Source: Octopus bimaculoides
Taxonomy: Eukaryota
Assembly (NCBI RefSeq): GCF_001194135.2
Contig: NC_068985.1
Span: forward strand, 71,653,000 to 71,716,999
Reading direction: 5' to 3'
DNA: 64,000 bases
Shown piece by piece: positions 36,596 through 50,677 of this stretch; positions within the stretch are counted from its first letter, which is position 1; each line of letters opens with the position of its first letter. The notes below the pieces were generated by a model that was given only the letters and a program-made list of their open reading frames with translations, was not told where the DNA came from and searched no databases. Made by a program: the position numbers and the translations under genes.

Positions 36596-37666
36596 GATTT
36601 TTTTCCCTTTGCTATTATATTATGGCAGAACTATTTTAGTCCTCTAAAAACTGGAAAACAGTTGTACAATAGAATTTTCACACCTATTGAAATAAATGGG
36701 AAATGAATGTAGTAGTTCTTTGTGTGCTTTTAGATAACTAAATTGTCTCTTCCACAATTTAATTGCTTCAGTTTCAACCCAAGATTCCAGATCAACTCAT
36801 TTGGCAAACAAGTACAACAGTGTAAAATTTTACTTTTTGCTTTGTTGAAAGCTTCATTTCCCTTCCCCCATCACACACACACCATTTTGGTAATGGAGGG
36901 AGTGGAAAACTCAACAGTTTATGACAGACATCTTTTTTTTATAGCTGTCTGTGCCTGTTTTATTATCTGAATGATTAAAATATATCTTATATAACAAGGA
37001 ACTACTCCATAAACAGCATACAATTTTGTGTGCACAAAAAATAAAGATGCTGACTTGAGAATTAATAAAGATAATGACAGATCCTAAGCTGATTACATAA
37101 TTGACTTAAGCATGCAAGCTTCCCTGCCTCCTTGTGTATGAGGGGGAGAGTAGCTTTATCTATGAGTGAATAGAAATGACTGTGTGATCATAGATATGGA
37201 AGAGTGTATGTTTGTACGTACACACACACACGTATTCTCTTTCTTGCTCATGCATACACACAGGTATGTGTATGTCTATGGATGAATATTTTATTTATAG
37301 CTCAAAAGCTACAACAGTATACTCACTCAGGAGCCTAGATTTTCATGCCAGAGAACTTATCAATCTATGCATATGTAAATATATATTTCAGGTATGGCTT
37401 TATGGTTAAGAAGTTTGTTTTGTAACCATGTAATGTTGGGTTCAGTACCACTGCATTATATCAAGGGCAAGACAAATTCCTTGTGAAGCAAATTAGCAGT
37501 GTGAAACTTACTCCATGTCTATGTCCTGTAACTTAGTGGTTAGACAAATGGAGAATGATAAAATAAATGTTGGTGCCAATATAATTGACTAAAACCCTTG
37601 CCCTGGCATGACTACAGTTCAATGACTAAAACATGTAAAAGAATAAAAGAATATACATATGTATAA

Positions 37667-37746
<80 letters not shown>

Positions 37747-39738
37747 NNNNNNNNNNNNNNNNNNNNNNNNNNNNNNNNNNNNNNNNNNNNNNNNNNNNNN
37801 NNNNNNNNNNNNNNNNNNNNNNNNNNNNNNNNNNNNNNNNNNNNNNNNNNNNNNNNNNNNNNNNNNNNNNNNNNNNNNNNNNNNNNNNNNNNNNNNNNNN
37901 NNNNNNNNNNNNNNNNNNNNNNNNNNNNNNNNNNNNNNNNNNNNNNNNNNNNNNNNNNNNNNNNNNNNNNNNNNNNNNNNNNNNNNNNNNNNNNNNNNNN
38001 NNNNNNNNNNNNNNNNNNNNNNNNNNNNNNNNNNNNNNNNNNNNNNNNNNNNNNNNNNNNNNNNNNNNNNNNNNNNNNNNNNNNNNNNNNNNNNNNNNNN
38101 NNNNNNNNNNNNNNNNNNNNNNNNNNNNNNNNNNNNNNNNNNNNNNNNNNNNNNNNNNNNNNNNNNNNNNNNNNNNNNNNNNNNNNNNNNNNNNNNNNNN
38201 NNNNNNNNNNNNNNNNNNNNNNNTATATATATATATATATGACTCCTACAACTCATACACTTATGAATATGTACATATATGTGTGTGTGTATGTATATAT
38301 TTATATACACATATGTACATTCACACACTCATACATAATTATATATATGCACACACACTCATACACACACACATATATATTTGTGTCTAAAGCACGCATA
38401 CATGAATTTATGTATGATTGTAAATCACTAATTCACTTTTCATATGTAGACGGCTACCTTTGGTTTCCCGCTTACGCATTCTTCAGAGAACTCTAATATG
38501 TTTCTTTCTTTTATATCATGAAAAGTATCTTTGATAATATTTGTGAGAAGCGTATATATGTGTATTTATGTCTACGTATGCTTATCTCTCTCTATAAATG
38601 AATTCATGAATAAGTATATAAGACTATTTAGAAATGCTGTTGTTCACTTGGGTTTTATGCTGGTATGTTCTCTGGAAAAGCTCAGAAAATTTATGCATTT
38701 TCATGGGAAAAGATTTTGATAGATATTCTTATGTGTACCAAGAATGGATATTTTTTTTTCTTTTCTTACATAATAATTCCTTGATTAGTGTCTCCTGCTT
38801 GCATTCCAACTACCTACGTCTGTCTAACAAAACTGGTTACTAACTTTGGAAACCTAATTCAAAAAAATTACTCAATATTGTTAAAATGAATGGAATAACA
38901 TTAGTTATTTAAAACTGACTCTGCATGAAAAGCAACTCAGAGTTTTACATTTCCAGTTTCCAGGCAAAGCAACCTACATAAACTCAGCTTTCAGTAAACG
39001 TGTGTGTGTGTGTGTGTGTGTATGCATGNNNNNNNNNNNNNNNNNNNNNNNNNNNNNNNNNNNNNNNNNNNNNNNNNNNNNNNNNNNNNNNNNNNNNNNN
39101 NNNNNNNNNNNNNNNNNNNNNNNNNNNNNNNNNNNNNNNNNNNNNNNNNNNNNNNNNNNNNNNNNNNNNNNNNNNNNNNNNNNNNNNNNNNNNNNNNNNN
39201 NNNNNNNNNNNNNNNNNNNNNNNNNNNNNNNNNNNNNNNNNNNNNNNNNNNNNNNNNNNNNNNNNNNNNNNNNNNNNNNNNNNNNNNNNNNNNNNNNNNN
39301 NNNNNNNNNNNNNNNNNNNNNNNNNNNNNNNNNNNNAAAAATAAGTGAAACACAGGTGCACAACTGAGTTGAAGGCAGATTTACTTCTGCCTTTATAGCA
39401 GATAAAGAAACAGGTGTTGTAGGAGTGTCTGCAGCACTTGTACTTCAGCAGTACTATGCATAGCTTAAATACTGTGATTGAAAAGCAGGGATAAATTATG
39501 CCTACCTAATCTACAAAAAAAATATAATATTATATATATATATATATTTTGCATTTTATGCATAGTAATCAGAGTAACCTTCATAATCTTATTGAATTAG
39601 GTACACATTTTGCCAAAAAAGGAAAATGTTGCTATCAATTTATTTTATTCAAAGCAGGTACTGCCTATCTTGTCTACCTAGACAGCACGTCCCTGGTATG
39701 TGTGTGTGTGTGTGTGTGTGTGTGAAAAATGGATTAGC

Positions 39739-40046
39739 ACTGGCACTCCATCGCTTATGATAACAAGGGTTCTAGTTGAATTGATCAACAGAACAACCTG
39801 AAATGGCTGACCACTCCATAGACACATGTACCCTTTAACGTAGTTCTTAGGGAGATTCAGAATGACATAGAATTTGACAAGGCTGGCCCTTTGAATTACA
39901 GGTACTACTCATTTTTGCCAGCTCAGTGGACTGGAGCAAAATGAAATAGAGGGCCTTATTCAAGGCCACAATGTGTCACCAGGAATTGAACACATGACCT
40001 TATGATCATGAGTCAAACGCCCTAACACTAAGCCACACACTTTCAC
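39739..40046 (-). mobile_element. tRNA-derived SINE family G with perfect 12-bp TSD
   Basis: Minus-strand head tggcttagtgttagggcg...gtgttcaattcctgg and central ttgctccagtccactgagctggcaaaaatgagt. TSD aaatggattagc at 39727-39738 and 40047-40058. Confidence 0.9.
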
Positions 40047-40152
40047 AAATGGATTAGCGAATACATAAAATGGTCGAAACATGTTGATGTTTTTAGCCCT
40101 AGCTCATCTCTGATGAAATAGATCTATGTCTAAAGGAAACATAGCCAGGACT

Positions 40153-40301
40153 GTGGTTGGCATTAGGAAGAGCATCCAGCTGTAGAAACTCTCCCAGTTC
40201 AGATTGGAGCCTGATGCAGCCATCTGGCTCATCAGTCCTCAGTCAAACCGTCCAATCTATGCCAGCATGGAAAGCAGACATTAAACGATGATGATGATGA
40301 T
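40153..40301 (+). mobile_element. RTE-type 3' tail (truncated LINE or tail-sharing SINE)
   Basis: ggcattaggaagagcatccagc...atgccagcatggaaagcagacattaaacgatgatgatgat. An A-family 3' half follows at 40310-40550. Confidence 0.85.
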
Positions 40302-41250
40302 ATATGTATATATTTATGAGCGTGTGTCTTTGTGTCTATGATTGTCATCCCACCATCACATGACAACTGATAGTGGTGTGTTTACATCCCCATAACATAA
40401 CAGTTCAGCAAAAGAGACTGATAGAATAAGTACTAGGCTTACAAAAGAATAAGTCCTGGGATCAATTTCTTTGATTAAAACCCTTTAAGGCAGTGCTCCA
40501 TCATGGCCACAGTTAAATGACTGAAACAAGTAAAAGAATAAAAGAATAAAGTACATAGTACCTACAATGATCCAATATGTCCGAAACATTTTACAAAACC
40601 CAAAAAGTGTGATTTTGTAAGTGCTCTTTCATCAGCCAGATATGTTAATAATTCATGCATATTTTGACTTATGGTAGCATTGCAGAGAAAGGTGTAAGTT
40701 GAAATGAGATAAGCAAAGGAATATTAGAATACAGAAAATAAAATGCTTAGACATGAAAAATGATATGGAAGAAGATTCAATGGATATTTTCAGAAGCAAT
40801 TATATTTGCAACGGCATCTTAATTTCAAAACAACACTCTTGATTACTAAAAAAACCCTTCTTAAACTTGTATCATTAACATAAATAATGTGCAGAAAGTG
40901 AGTACATCAGATAAACACAAGATTCCAATCCTGTCAAAACATCTACCTAGATATAAACTACTTTTCCTGAAGTAGATTATAAAGGGAAGCAAGCAATATT
41001 TTATATAGTTACAGCTCTTTAGCTTTGTTTTTTAATTTATTTTTGTCAATTAGAGATCACAAGGACTGTTTATGTTATTAGAGAGGTATTGCTGTATTAA
41101 ATCAGCGAATAGTTATGTATGTGGTGATTGTATGGGTATGTGGTATATTTAGTATTATTTGGCACACAAAGCCATTAATTTGCTGCATACACATTTGTGA
41201 TGAAATTATGTGTGTTATATATATATGTATATATGTTTATATAATATTAT

Positions 41251-41290
<40 letters not shown>

Positions 41291-41362
41291 TATATATATA
41301 TATATGTTTATATAATATTATATTGTATATATATTTATATGATGTAACTACATAAAAACAAG

Positions 41363-41688
41363 TGAAGGCACATGGCTTAGTGGTTAGAGTGTTGGGCTCA
41401 CAATCATGAGGTAGTGAGTTCAATTACCAGACCAGGCTGTGTGTCTTGTGCAAGACACTTTATTTTCACATTGCTCCAGTTCACTCAGCTGTAGAAATGA
41501 GATGCAATGTCACTGGTGCCAAACTGTATTGGCTTTTGCTTTCTCTGGTGTGAAGAGGGGAGGCTGGTATGCATGGGCAACTGCTGGTCTTCCATAAAAC
41601 AACCTTGCCTGGACTTGTGCCTCAGAGGGGAACTTTCTAGGTGCAATTCCATGGTCACTCATAACCAAAGAGGGTCCTTACCCTTTAT
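41363..41688 (+). mobile_element. SINE family D with 11-bp TSD, CpG-decayed
   Basis: Colinear with 5310-5617. TSD ataaaaacaag at 41352-41362 and 41689-41699. Confidence 0.92.
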
Positions 41689-42199
41689 ATAAAAACAAGC
41701 GTTGATATTCTCACTCTGTTGCTTCTGCTAAATATTAATAGAAATATACATATACTCTTATTTTGAGTTTTATTTTTCCTGTTTGCACCAATATACCTAA
41801 ATATATATTGGATATTAAAACAAACAGGTGAGTTTGTTTATAAAAAAAAAAACAAAAACAAGTACATCCTCTTATGTGTGTTTCATTAACAAAGAACAGC
41901 TTCACAATGTAAAAAATTATATAATCAAATGACATTGTCAGATCTTCAGCGATACATAATTCTCATTTGTAATTTTACTAGATTTGTGACAGTGTTGTTG
42001 AACCAGTAATAGCAACACTGTTATTAATTCAGAGTGTCTGTCTGTATACTAACCTACATATAACTCAAGTAAGATTTGAGGCAAAAAAGGAAACAACAAC
42101 AAAAAAAAAAAACTGCAGTTTGACTAAATCATCTCAAGGTTTAAATTTTTACCTACACCAATGGTCCTACCTCTGAACAGCATGATAGGTACATCAACT

Positions 42200-43400
42200 C
42201 ACCCATATTCAACTCCCCACCCCCACTAACTTGGTAGATTTCCTCCATCCAACCTTTCTGATCACTTCTACCATCTTCTCCCCATCCTTTGTCAGTTTTC
42301 CTTGACATTTCTATTACCATTGATTAACTAAACCATTAGTTAACCTCCCCCGCTCTCCAAGTCTTGTTTTCCATAACCAACCAACATCTAATCTTACTTC
42401 AGCTTCACCTTTTCCCCCGCCCCCAACCACTCTAAATTTTCTATCCCCTGCTCATAATTCTTGCATCATCACTTCCTCTGTAGTCATGATCATGATTTTC
42501 AAATCCAGTCCTACCTGTGGCACTTTAATTCATGCACTGAGGTTTTCCCCTGTCTATTGTCAATAATGACCTTCTCTGTGGTCTCAATGCTGATTGCATC
42601 TCCACCCTTCCTATTCACTTTTCATCTTAATACTTTATCTCTCCAATGAGCAATCTTGAGCACTTTACTCATACCCTGTTTTGACCCTACCACCACCCCT
42701 ACGTTCCATGAATGACTGCAGTAAACAAGTCTCTAATTTGTTTGACCATTCAACATCTCTTCTAACCCTCATAACACCTAACCTTGGCCATTCTTCTGCT
42801 CTGGAACCCAGTATAACACTTGACCTTACATCCAAAACTCTAGTATGCTTCTTGTACCCCACAAAATGGCAATTCTATATCGCCTCACAAACATTTACAT
42901 AGAAAAGAACATTATTTACTGTCTTAAATATTTGACCTGTGACCTCCTGTGCATTGGGGTGGGTAATAGACATAAGTTAGGAGATCTTTTAATGAGGGGA
43001 TCTTCAGCTGACCCACCCATATTATTTCCCGTCTCTCATTCTGTGCTGTTGGTGAGCTGGCAGTACCATTAGCAAACCAGGCAAAATGTTTAGTGGAATT
43101 TTGTCTGTTTTCATATTATGAGTTCAAATTCTGTCAAGGTTGACTTTGCCTTTCTTCCTTTTGGGATCAGTATAATAAGTACCAGTTGAAGAATACTGGA
43201 GTCATTGTAACTGACTTACTCACTTTCCCAAAATTGCTGGCCTTGTGCCAAAATTTGAAACCATAATTTTACACCATGGATTTCCTGCTTCTTTCCACTG
43301 CAAAAAAAAAAAAAAAAATGATTCATTCCCCACCTCATCTTCTCAACCCCTTCAAATACAAAGAGAATGGTTTGTGATACAATCCTACACCACATTCCAA
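42200..43400 (+). mobile_element. Penelope-like element relic (RT C-terminus, linker, GIY-YIG), interrupted by SINE B
   Basis: Fragments FLDISITI; KFSIPCS*FLHHHFLCSHDHDF (cf. SIPYSQFLRLRRICS..DF); PFLFTFHLNTLSLQ*AIL....FDPTT (cf. PLVLTYHP...DPTT); NIIYCLKYLTCDLLCIG (GIY-YIG); QREWFVIQ. Many frameshifts and stops. Confidence 0.7.
43051..43268 (+). mobile_element. SINE family B, full-length
   Basis: ggtgagctggcag...gagttcaaattc...ggttgactttgcctttc...aagtaccagttg...ggccttgtgccaaaatttgaaacc. Confidence 0.85.
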
Positions 43401-43927
43401 CCTCCCACATTCACCCCATTGTTCTATGCCAAACTTCTTATACACTCATCTTACACATCTATGCATCTATTTAGATTGAATATACTATAAACTACACAGG
43501 CACATGAGCATAAGTACCCACTTAATGTATAAGTACCCAAGCATACATACACAAACACACACACACACACACACCATCTCACCTTAAACCAACAAACATA
43601 CTTCCAATGCACCACCCCTTCAGACATACCCCCCCACCCCCACCCACACACCGTAACACACCACAAAAATACACAGCGCAAGGCTTTTGTGAGAGAAACT
43701 AACTTCAGTACATATTTTCTCCTAAGCCTAGTACTAATTTCATCATTCTATTTTTGCTGAACTGCAAAGTTATGAGGATGTGAACAAACCAAGCAGTGGT
43801 GGGGGATAAGCACACACATATACAGACATATATACATATGCATGTATGTATGTTTTTAAGGTCCAGCCAACATTCAGAATGTGTCTGAGACCTCTCTGAT
43901 GAAAGCGTTCAAGGACCCTTACAAGGA

Positions 43928-44087
43928 CCTAAATAGATGCTATATGGGGAACTTGTGAATGGAAAGAGACCCCAGCAGAAACCAAGGCTGCAATTTAAGG
44001 ACTATGTCGAGTCCTCCTTAAAGACATGTGATATGCAGTAGACTGACTGGGAGAACAATGTCTGTCATCGCCACAGATGGAGGAAGC

Positions 44088-44092
<5 letters not shown>
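43928..44092 (+). mobile_element. RTE-BovB-type LINE C-terminal fragment (different subfamily)
   Basis: PK*MLYGELVNGKRPQQKPRLQFKDYVESSLKTCDMQ*TDWENNVCHRHRWR matches LLYGEL..GKR..G.P.LRFKD.LK..LK...WE....R..WR. Confidence 0.8.
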
Positions 44093-44125
<33 letters not shown>

Positions 44126-44621
44126 AGAGAGCATGTATTCTGCATGAAGAAATTAATAAAATCAACTGATTTTATTAGAGTTACCTTTCTTTGCTTCTGG
44201 GTTATAGATTTTCAACTTGCCTTGGAGTTTTCGTCTACTAATTACTTGGATAATCTCAGTTGATTGAAGGTTCCCAACTTTTTCATGTGAGAATCTAACA
44301 TATGTGTGTGTGAATGTTAAGAGACGTGTAAATGTTGACTGTATATCCTTGTATATAAATGTATATGTATGTGTGTATATATATATATGAATATGTACAT
44401 ACATGGGTGAAGAAGCAATGATGGAAGAGTATTTAAGTATTTAAGAAGGGAGTTAAATGGTCTTAGAATAATAATAAAGTTTGTTTGGCTGTAACTCAAA
44501 GCCCTAGTAGGGTATCAATGTTGAAATTTTATACAAGATAAAATAGTGATGCCTGTTGTTAGATAAGCTTCATCAGATATTAAATGTTGCATCAAGTATT
44601 TAGTTATTGAGTTTGTGTGTG

Positions 44622-44655
<34 letters not shown>

Positions 44656-44752
44656 TGTGTGTGTGTTTGTTTTAGTGTGTGCATGCATTCATGAGTGTAT
44701 GTGTAAGATGTTTACTGTTAGATCTTTTTTTCCATGCTAGCATGGGTCAGAC

Positions 44753-45086
44753 CAAGAGTTTTCAACCATTTTTTACCTATGAAGCCCTTTGGTTACTATT
44801 TTATTCTGGTGGATCCCCATGGGAATTTTGAAAGAAGTTTCTATAAAACTAGTTTTTAAACATTGAAGGGCTATTTTGTTTTTCACTCATTAACTTGTGT
44901 AGGTTGAACTATGTAAAATGTTAGAGAAAAAGGCCTGTTTGTTGCAATACATACATCTAAGGCTAATTTTTTCAGGGACCCTTTAAATACTATTCTGGAT
45001 CCCCAATTTACTATTTTGTTGTGTGGACCTTCCAAAATCTTATATGGGCCATCAGGAGTCACATGAACCCTGGTTGAGACCCACTG
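44753..45086 (+). mobile_element. hAT (Charlie-like) MITE, complete, 8-bp TSD
   Basis: Ends caagagttttcaacc and ggttgagacccactg (CAGTGGTTCTCAAC type). Flanks ggtcagac (44745-44752) and ggttagac (45087-45094), 7/8. Confidence 0.85.
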
Positions 45087-45557
45087 GGTTAGACAAATGT
45101 TTGTTATTGAGGCATTGTTTGTACAGCCAGATGCCCTTTCTTTCACAACATCTTTGCCTGTTTATAAGTTTAAGGATATGTTTTTAAAAGCATTGTTCTG
45201 GCAAATAATTTGTTGATAGGGAAATGTCAGCAAACATAACTGCATGCAACTTGGCACTTTATCCTGTGCACTGCAGAAAGTAAACTTCACATGTGCATAT
45301 ATATCATCATCATTATCATCATTTAATTTCTGCTCTTCCATGGTTCCATTCTCATGTTCATGATTTCCTAAAGTGGCCTTAGACAATAGATGCAAAGACA
45401 TGCTTCTCTAGCTATCTTTATGTTTATGTATCATGTGTTTAGCAGTTCAGCAAAAGAGATTGACAGAATAAGTATCAGGCCCTGAAAAATAAGTATTGGA
45501 GTTGATCTAAGATCTTTCAAGGAATAGCTCCACAGTCCTATAACTAAAACAAGTAAA

Positions 45558-45627
<70 letters not shown>

Positions 45628-46221
45628 CGGTAAACAGAGTTAGCAGTTGGAATAACTGTCTAAGGGATTAGAATATCCATTCTTACTACTGGTATCATTT
45701 ACCTATGTTATCCCTGAGCATGAGTATGCAAGCACACTATGTTCATAGGGCACAGGTAATAACAGAATAAACAAAAGTTTATCAGGAATCAAATTTAAAT
45801 AAACAGAAAATGGAGAAAACTTTTGATCGGCAAACAAACAAATTGACCAACACCGGTTAATTATTTTTTGATACAAAACATTGCATAACATTTCTTATGG
45901 CCATTTTGGCTGCCAAAGTCAGTTGGTGCTTACAAAGAAAATTCCGAAAATAATATTTGCTGTCTTTATAGCACATTAGATCTCGTACATAGAGCTTCAT
46001 CAGAGTGAATACAAATGCATGAGATAAAATAAATGAAGGGAGGAAGAAAGAACAGGGCCTTGAGATGAGGCCAGAAGGCTCAATATATTAGAATCATATT
46101 TTGCAGTGTGAAGTTTGAAGTCAATAGGCAAAAGAGTGAACTAGCAAATAAACTAGAGAAATAATTTATCAATTATCTCTTTATATAGGGGTACCAGGGT
46201 GTATAAATGAATATATATATA

Positions 46222-46737
46222 CAGGGTGCGATGGGTAGAGTGTCCTCATTTTATATTTTTGATTTCGTGTATGTACATTGTTTGGTTTTGATTTTGTCAA
46301 CTACACAGTATAGTAAGGTCAGTTGGGCACCCTCTGTGAGAAAGACAACACCATGATGCAATTCACTCTACCAGAAATTTCGAAAAGACATGCTGTACTG
46401 CCTTGCATTTGCACTGGAAGCTCCAATACAAACATTTCAGAGTGTTTGGGTGTCAATCTGAGGACAGTGCAGAGGATTCGGAAGGAGTTGGATGAGTCTA
46501 ATGGTAATTACGGAGGTACAGCAGCTCGGAAAACTCACTCTGATTGCTCTGATTAGAAGAGAACTCCTGAATTTGTTGGTGAGATCCAGGCCATGATTGA
46601 CCACGATCCGTCCGAGTCAATCAGGTCCATCACCAGGAACATGGGAGTGTCTGAGTTTCTCATCAGGCAGGTAGTGCATGAAGACATTTTGTGTTCCACA
46701 TACAAGATGAGAGAGGGCCAATTTTTATCCCAAACCA
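46222..46737 (+). mobile_element. Tc1/mariner-superfamily 5' fragment (left end plus HTH region; possibly maT/DD37D-like)
   Basis: TA|cagggtgcgatgggta; MMQFTLPEISKRHAV...ISECLGVNLRTVQRIRK...D*KRTPEFVGEIQAMIDHDPSESIRSITRNMGVSEFLIRQVVHEDILCSTYKMREGQFLS. Cut by SINE A (minus strand) at about 46737. Family assignment is tentative because the catalytic triad is absent. Confidence 0.8.
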
Positions 46738-47466
46738 TTTTGGCTGTGGTCATGCTGGAGCACTGCTTTTAGTTGAAGAAATCGACCCCTAGACTTATTC
46801 TTTGTAAGCCTGGTACTTATTCTATTCTCTTTTGCTGAACTGCTAACACACCAACATTGGTTGTCGAACGTGGAAGAACAAATGCAGGCACAGACACGCA
46901 AGTATANNNNNNNNNNNNNNNNNNNNNNNNNNNNNNNNNNNNNNNNNNNNNNNNNNNNNNNNNNNNNNNNNNNNNNNNNNNNNNNNNNNNNNNNNNNNNN
47001 NNNNNNNNNNNNNNNNNNNNNNNNNNNNNNNNNNNNNNNNNNNNNNNNNNNNNNNNNNNNNNNNNNNNNNNNNNNNNNNNNNNNNNNNNNNNNNNNNNNN
47101 NNNNNNNNNNNNNNNNNNNNNNNNNNNNNNNNNNNNNNNNNNNNNNNNNNNNNNNNNNNNNNNNNNNNNNNNNNNNNNNNNNNNNNNNNNNNNNNNNNNN
47201 NNNNNNNNNNNNNNNNNNNNNNNNNNNNNNNNNNNNNNNNNNNNNNNNNNNNNNNNNNNNNNNNNNNNNNNNNNNNNNNNNNNNNNNNNNNNNNNNNNNN
47301 NNNNNNNNNNNNNNNNNNNNNNNNNNNNNNNNNNNNNNNNNNNNNNNNNNNNNNNNNNNNNNNNNNNNNNNNNNNNNNNTGCTATATGATAGCATGTGGT
47401 AGCCAATACCCATAGTGGAGCTTAGGAATGCATGTTATAAGGTTATTACACAGGTGATGTTAAATT

Positions 47467-47529
<63 letters not shown>

Positions 47530-47860
47530 GTATGTATGTATTTATGTAAGTATGTGTGTATCTATGTACATATGTGTGTTGTGTATGTATATATATATAT
47601 ATATATTTATGTATGTGTTATATGTGTATGTATGCATACACATATGTATGCTTGCACATGACAACCTGCCTTGTGTTAATACCTCAGTAAAGTGCATCTG
47701 CTACCATCTGTAAAGTGAATAAATTTTAGGAAGGGCATCTGGCTAAAGAATTCATGTTACAATGGAATGTATGAGCCATACTTGGTCCTCCAACCCTTCT
47801 TTTAGGGAACGAACTTCAAATAAGTCTGTTATAACTGAGCCAGCTTATTCTGGAACGCAA

Positions 47861-48186
47861 ATGTAAAAATGATGACAATAGATAGATATATGCGCATAAA
47901 TAAATGCATATATGCGCACATATTCACAGTTATTATTAAGAAAATCTAATTCAAGACATTCGAGCTGTGACTGTCTGGTTATATATTGGACAATGTATTC
48001 TTCCTTTTAGATGTAAGTTTGAAAGTAGATGTAAAATGAGGACAATAGATAGATATATGTGCATGCATTAATGCATGCATGCGCACATGCACAGTTATAG
48101 TCAAGAAAACCTAATTCCTGACATTCCAGCTGTGACCGTCCAATTATACTTTGGACAATGTATCTTTTCTTTTAGATGTAAGTTTG
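47861..48186. repeat. Two-unit tandem duplication, period about 168 bp
   Basis: atgtaaaa(a)tga.gacaatagatagatatatg.gcat...ttggacaatgtat...tttagatgtaagtttg at 47861-48021 and 48029-48186. Confidence 0.9.
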
Positions 48187-49053
48187 TGGTTTCTGGTGAA
48201 ATTTAACTACTATGTTTAGCATAGAGGTCCTCTCATTGGTTCAATGCAAACAAGTAAATAAATATGCTTGCTATCTAACAATCACCATTCACTTTATTCA
48301 TTAACTCTCACACATACTCATATATATTGTATACACACATGCACATACACTCCTCTACATATACATGCATACATATATATATATATATAAACATACATAC
48401 ACACACAGAATGATGCACACACATTCATGAACAATGTATAGCTGTATGTGTGTAGGAGGTATGTTTGTTTTCATGAACCATTGAGAGAATTTGGCAAGCG
48501 GTAGAGAACTGAATGCCTCTTGGCATCATTGAAATTGTCTGCATGCCAAAATGGATGTTAAAACCAAGCTGCATTCGACACCGGATAAGCTGATCCTTAC
48601 TAAGGAAGCATAACAGGATTTTCACAGTTTACTGTTATGGTAGTGAAAGCTTAGAGGAAGAAGAGAAAGGAAAGTGAAGACGGGGAAGGTTAGATTGCAG
48701 AGAGACGGAGAGAAAGAAGAAAAATAGAGAGGTATGGAGGTGGAGAGCAAGAAGGAGAGAAAGAAGAAGATGAGGTGAAAAGGTAGTTATGAGAAGCTCA
48801 GAAATTAGTTTTGAAACTGAATAAAGGGCCATAACATGAACATGTGAATGTATGTATGAATGTGAGTGTGTCTGTGTGTTTGCATATACGCACACGTTCA
48901 AATAAATATACATATATTTACATATTCATGATACAGGTTTTTATTCAATCTTAAACTAATGGTATACGAGTGTGCCTGTGTGCATATATGCAAGTGTATG
49001 TAGATTGTAGATATCTATTATATCTATGAGATATATAGATCTATATATATATA

Positions 49054-49089
<36 letters not shown>

Positions 49090-49414
49090 AAGAGATATTT
49101 ATATTGTAAATGCACACACATATACACATGCATTTTACAAGAAATTGTAATATGCTGCAAACCTAAGTAAATAAATGTGAATACATTAATCGTAGTGAGA
49201 GATAAAGTTTGGCAAATGGGTGGGATGAGGTTCGGTGTGATCTAGAATGTACAGGGATCATAGCAGTGGGTGTCGGGGTTACATAAATGGAGGGTGTGGG
49301 GTTTCTTAGGTGGTGGGTGTGCACAGCAGATTTCATTCAAACCATTTGTGGTGAGGTGTATTCTGGTTCTGACAATTGCATTCATCTACTCCCAACATAC
49401 ATGTTATCTCTTAT

Positions 49415-49835
49415 TTTTTTGTTTTACATCTTTCAATCATTTGACTGCGGCCATGCTGGGGTACCACCTTGAAGGGTTTAGGTCAAACAAATTAACCCCC
49501 AAACTTTTTTTTAACCTAGTACTTATTCTATCGGTTTTTCTTGATGAATTGCTAAGTTAGTTACAGGGGTGTAAACACATCAACACTGGTTGTCAAGTGG
49601 TGGTGGTGGTGGGGGCGGGGGCAAACACATACAAAAAGACACAGACACACACACACACACACATATATATAGGACAGGCTTCTCTTAGCTACTGTCTATC
49701 AAATCCATTCACAAAGCTTTGGTCAGACTAAGGCTATAGTAGAAGACACTTGCCCAAGGTGCCATGCAGTGGGACTGAACCCGGAACCATGTGGTTAGGA
49801 AGCAAGCTTCTTGCCACATAGGCACACCTGTACCT
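49415..49835 (-). mobile_element. SINE family A, full-length
   Basis: agaagacacttgcccaaggtgccatgcagtgggactgaacccggaaccatgtggttaggaagcaagcttcttgccac is the reverse complement of the head. Confidence 0.9.
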
Positions 49836-49927
49836 ATATAATCGTTGTGTTAATGGGGAGCCTCTTTGTGGTTGATTGACCTGCTAGAAATGGCACTCAT
49901 ATCTTGTTCAGCTAATCTTCTGCTTTC

Positions 49928-50163
49928 TTAAATTTGAGGCATTTAAACCAGCCATATCCAGTATGCCCAGATATTCTCCCTGTTTTATGTTCAGACCTGT
50001 CAGCTCTGGCCTCTCACACTCATTCTGCTATGTCATACTAAAAATACACAATCACATTGTCAAAATCTTAAAGCTATGAGATAAATCCAAAATGATAAAT
50101 CCAAAATAATGTGAATAGATAAGCATTACATTTGATAGAGTAATCTGAATGCTAAAGAGTTAG
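49928..50163 (-). mobile_element. piggyBac-type MITE family 1
   Basis: gcatttaaaccagccatatcc...aagcattacatttgatagagtaatctgaatgctaaagagttag is the reverse complement of 63026-63252. Confidence 0.8.
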
Positions 50164-50261
50164 AAAAAACAGGCTGACATTGGAAAATGGCATCCTGAGT
50201 CCAATCCACAAGGGTAAAAGACGAGATGGTCACAACAATAAATATGGTGGCCAAATTTCCC

Positions 50262-50677
50262 TTAACCCTTTAGCATTCAAACCGTCCGTATCCAGCCCAA
50301 ATATTCTCCCTGTTTTATTTATGTTCAAACTGACCAAATTCAGCCTCTCACTCCTACCAAACATTGCCATTCTAACCATAAACAGTCATGTCATTGAAAT
50401 CTAGAAGCTACATGGTAATACATGAGTAATTCAAAATAAAGTGTGGTGCGACGTAAAATGCACTCTTGTCAGTGCCACATAAAAAGCACCCTGGGCATTC
50501 TGTAAAGAAGTTGACATTAGGAAGGGCATCCAACAACAGAAAACATGCCAAAACAGACAATTGGAGTCTGGCCAGCTCCTGCCAGACTGTCCAACTCATG
50601 CCAGCATTGAAAACAGATGTTAAACGATGATGATCTTCATTACATTTGACAGAATAATCTGAATGTCAATGGATTAA
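50262..50677 (-). mobile_element. piggyBac-type MITE family 1 inside family C, interrupted by an RTE tail
   Basis: TTAAccctttagcatt (50262) ... cattacatttgacagaataatctgaatgtcaatggaTTAA (50677). Family C sequence continues on both sides. Confidence 0.85.
50444..50635 (+). mobile_element. RTE 3' tail inserted in the piggyBac-type MITE
   Basis: gtgccacataaaaagcacc...ttaggaagggcatcc...actcatgccagcattgaaaacagatgttaaacgatgatgat. Confidence 0.85.
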
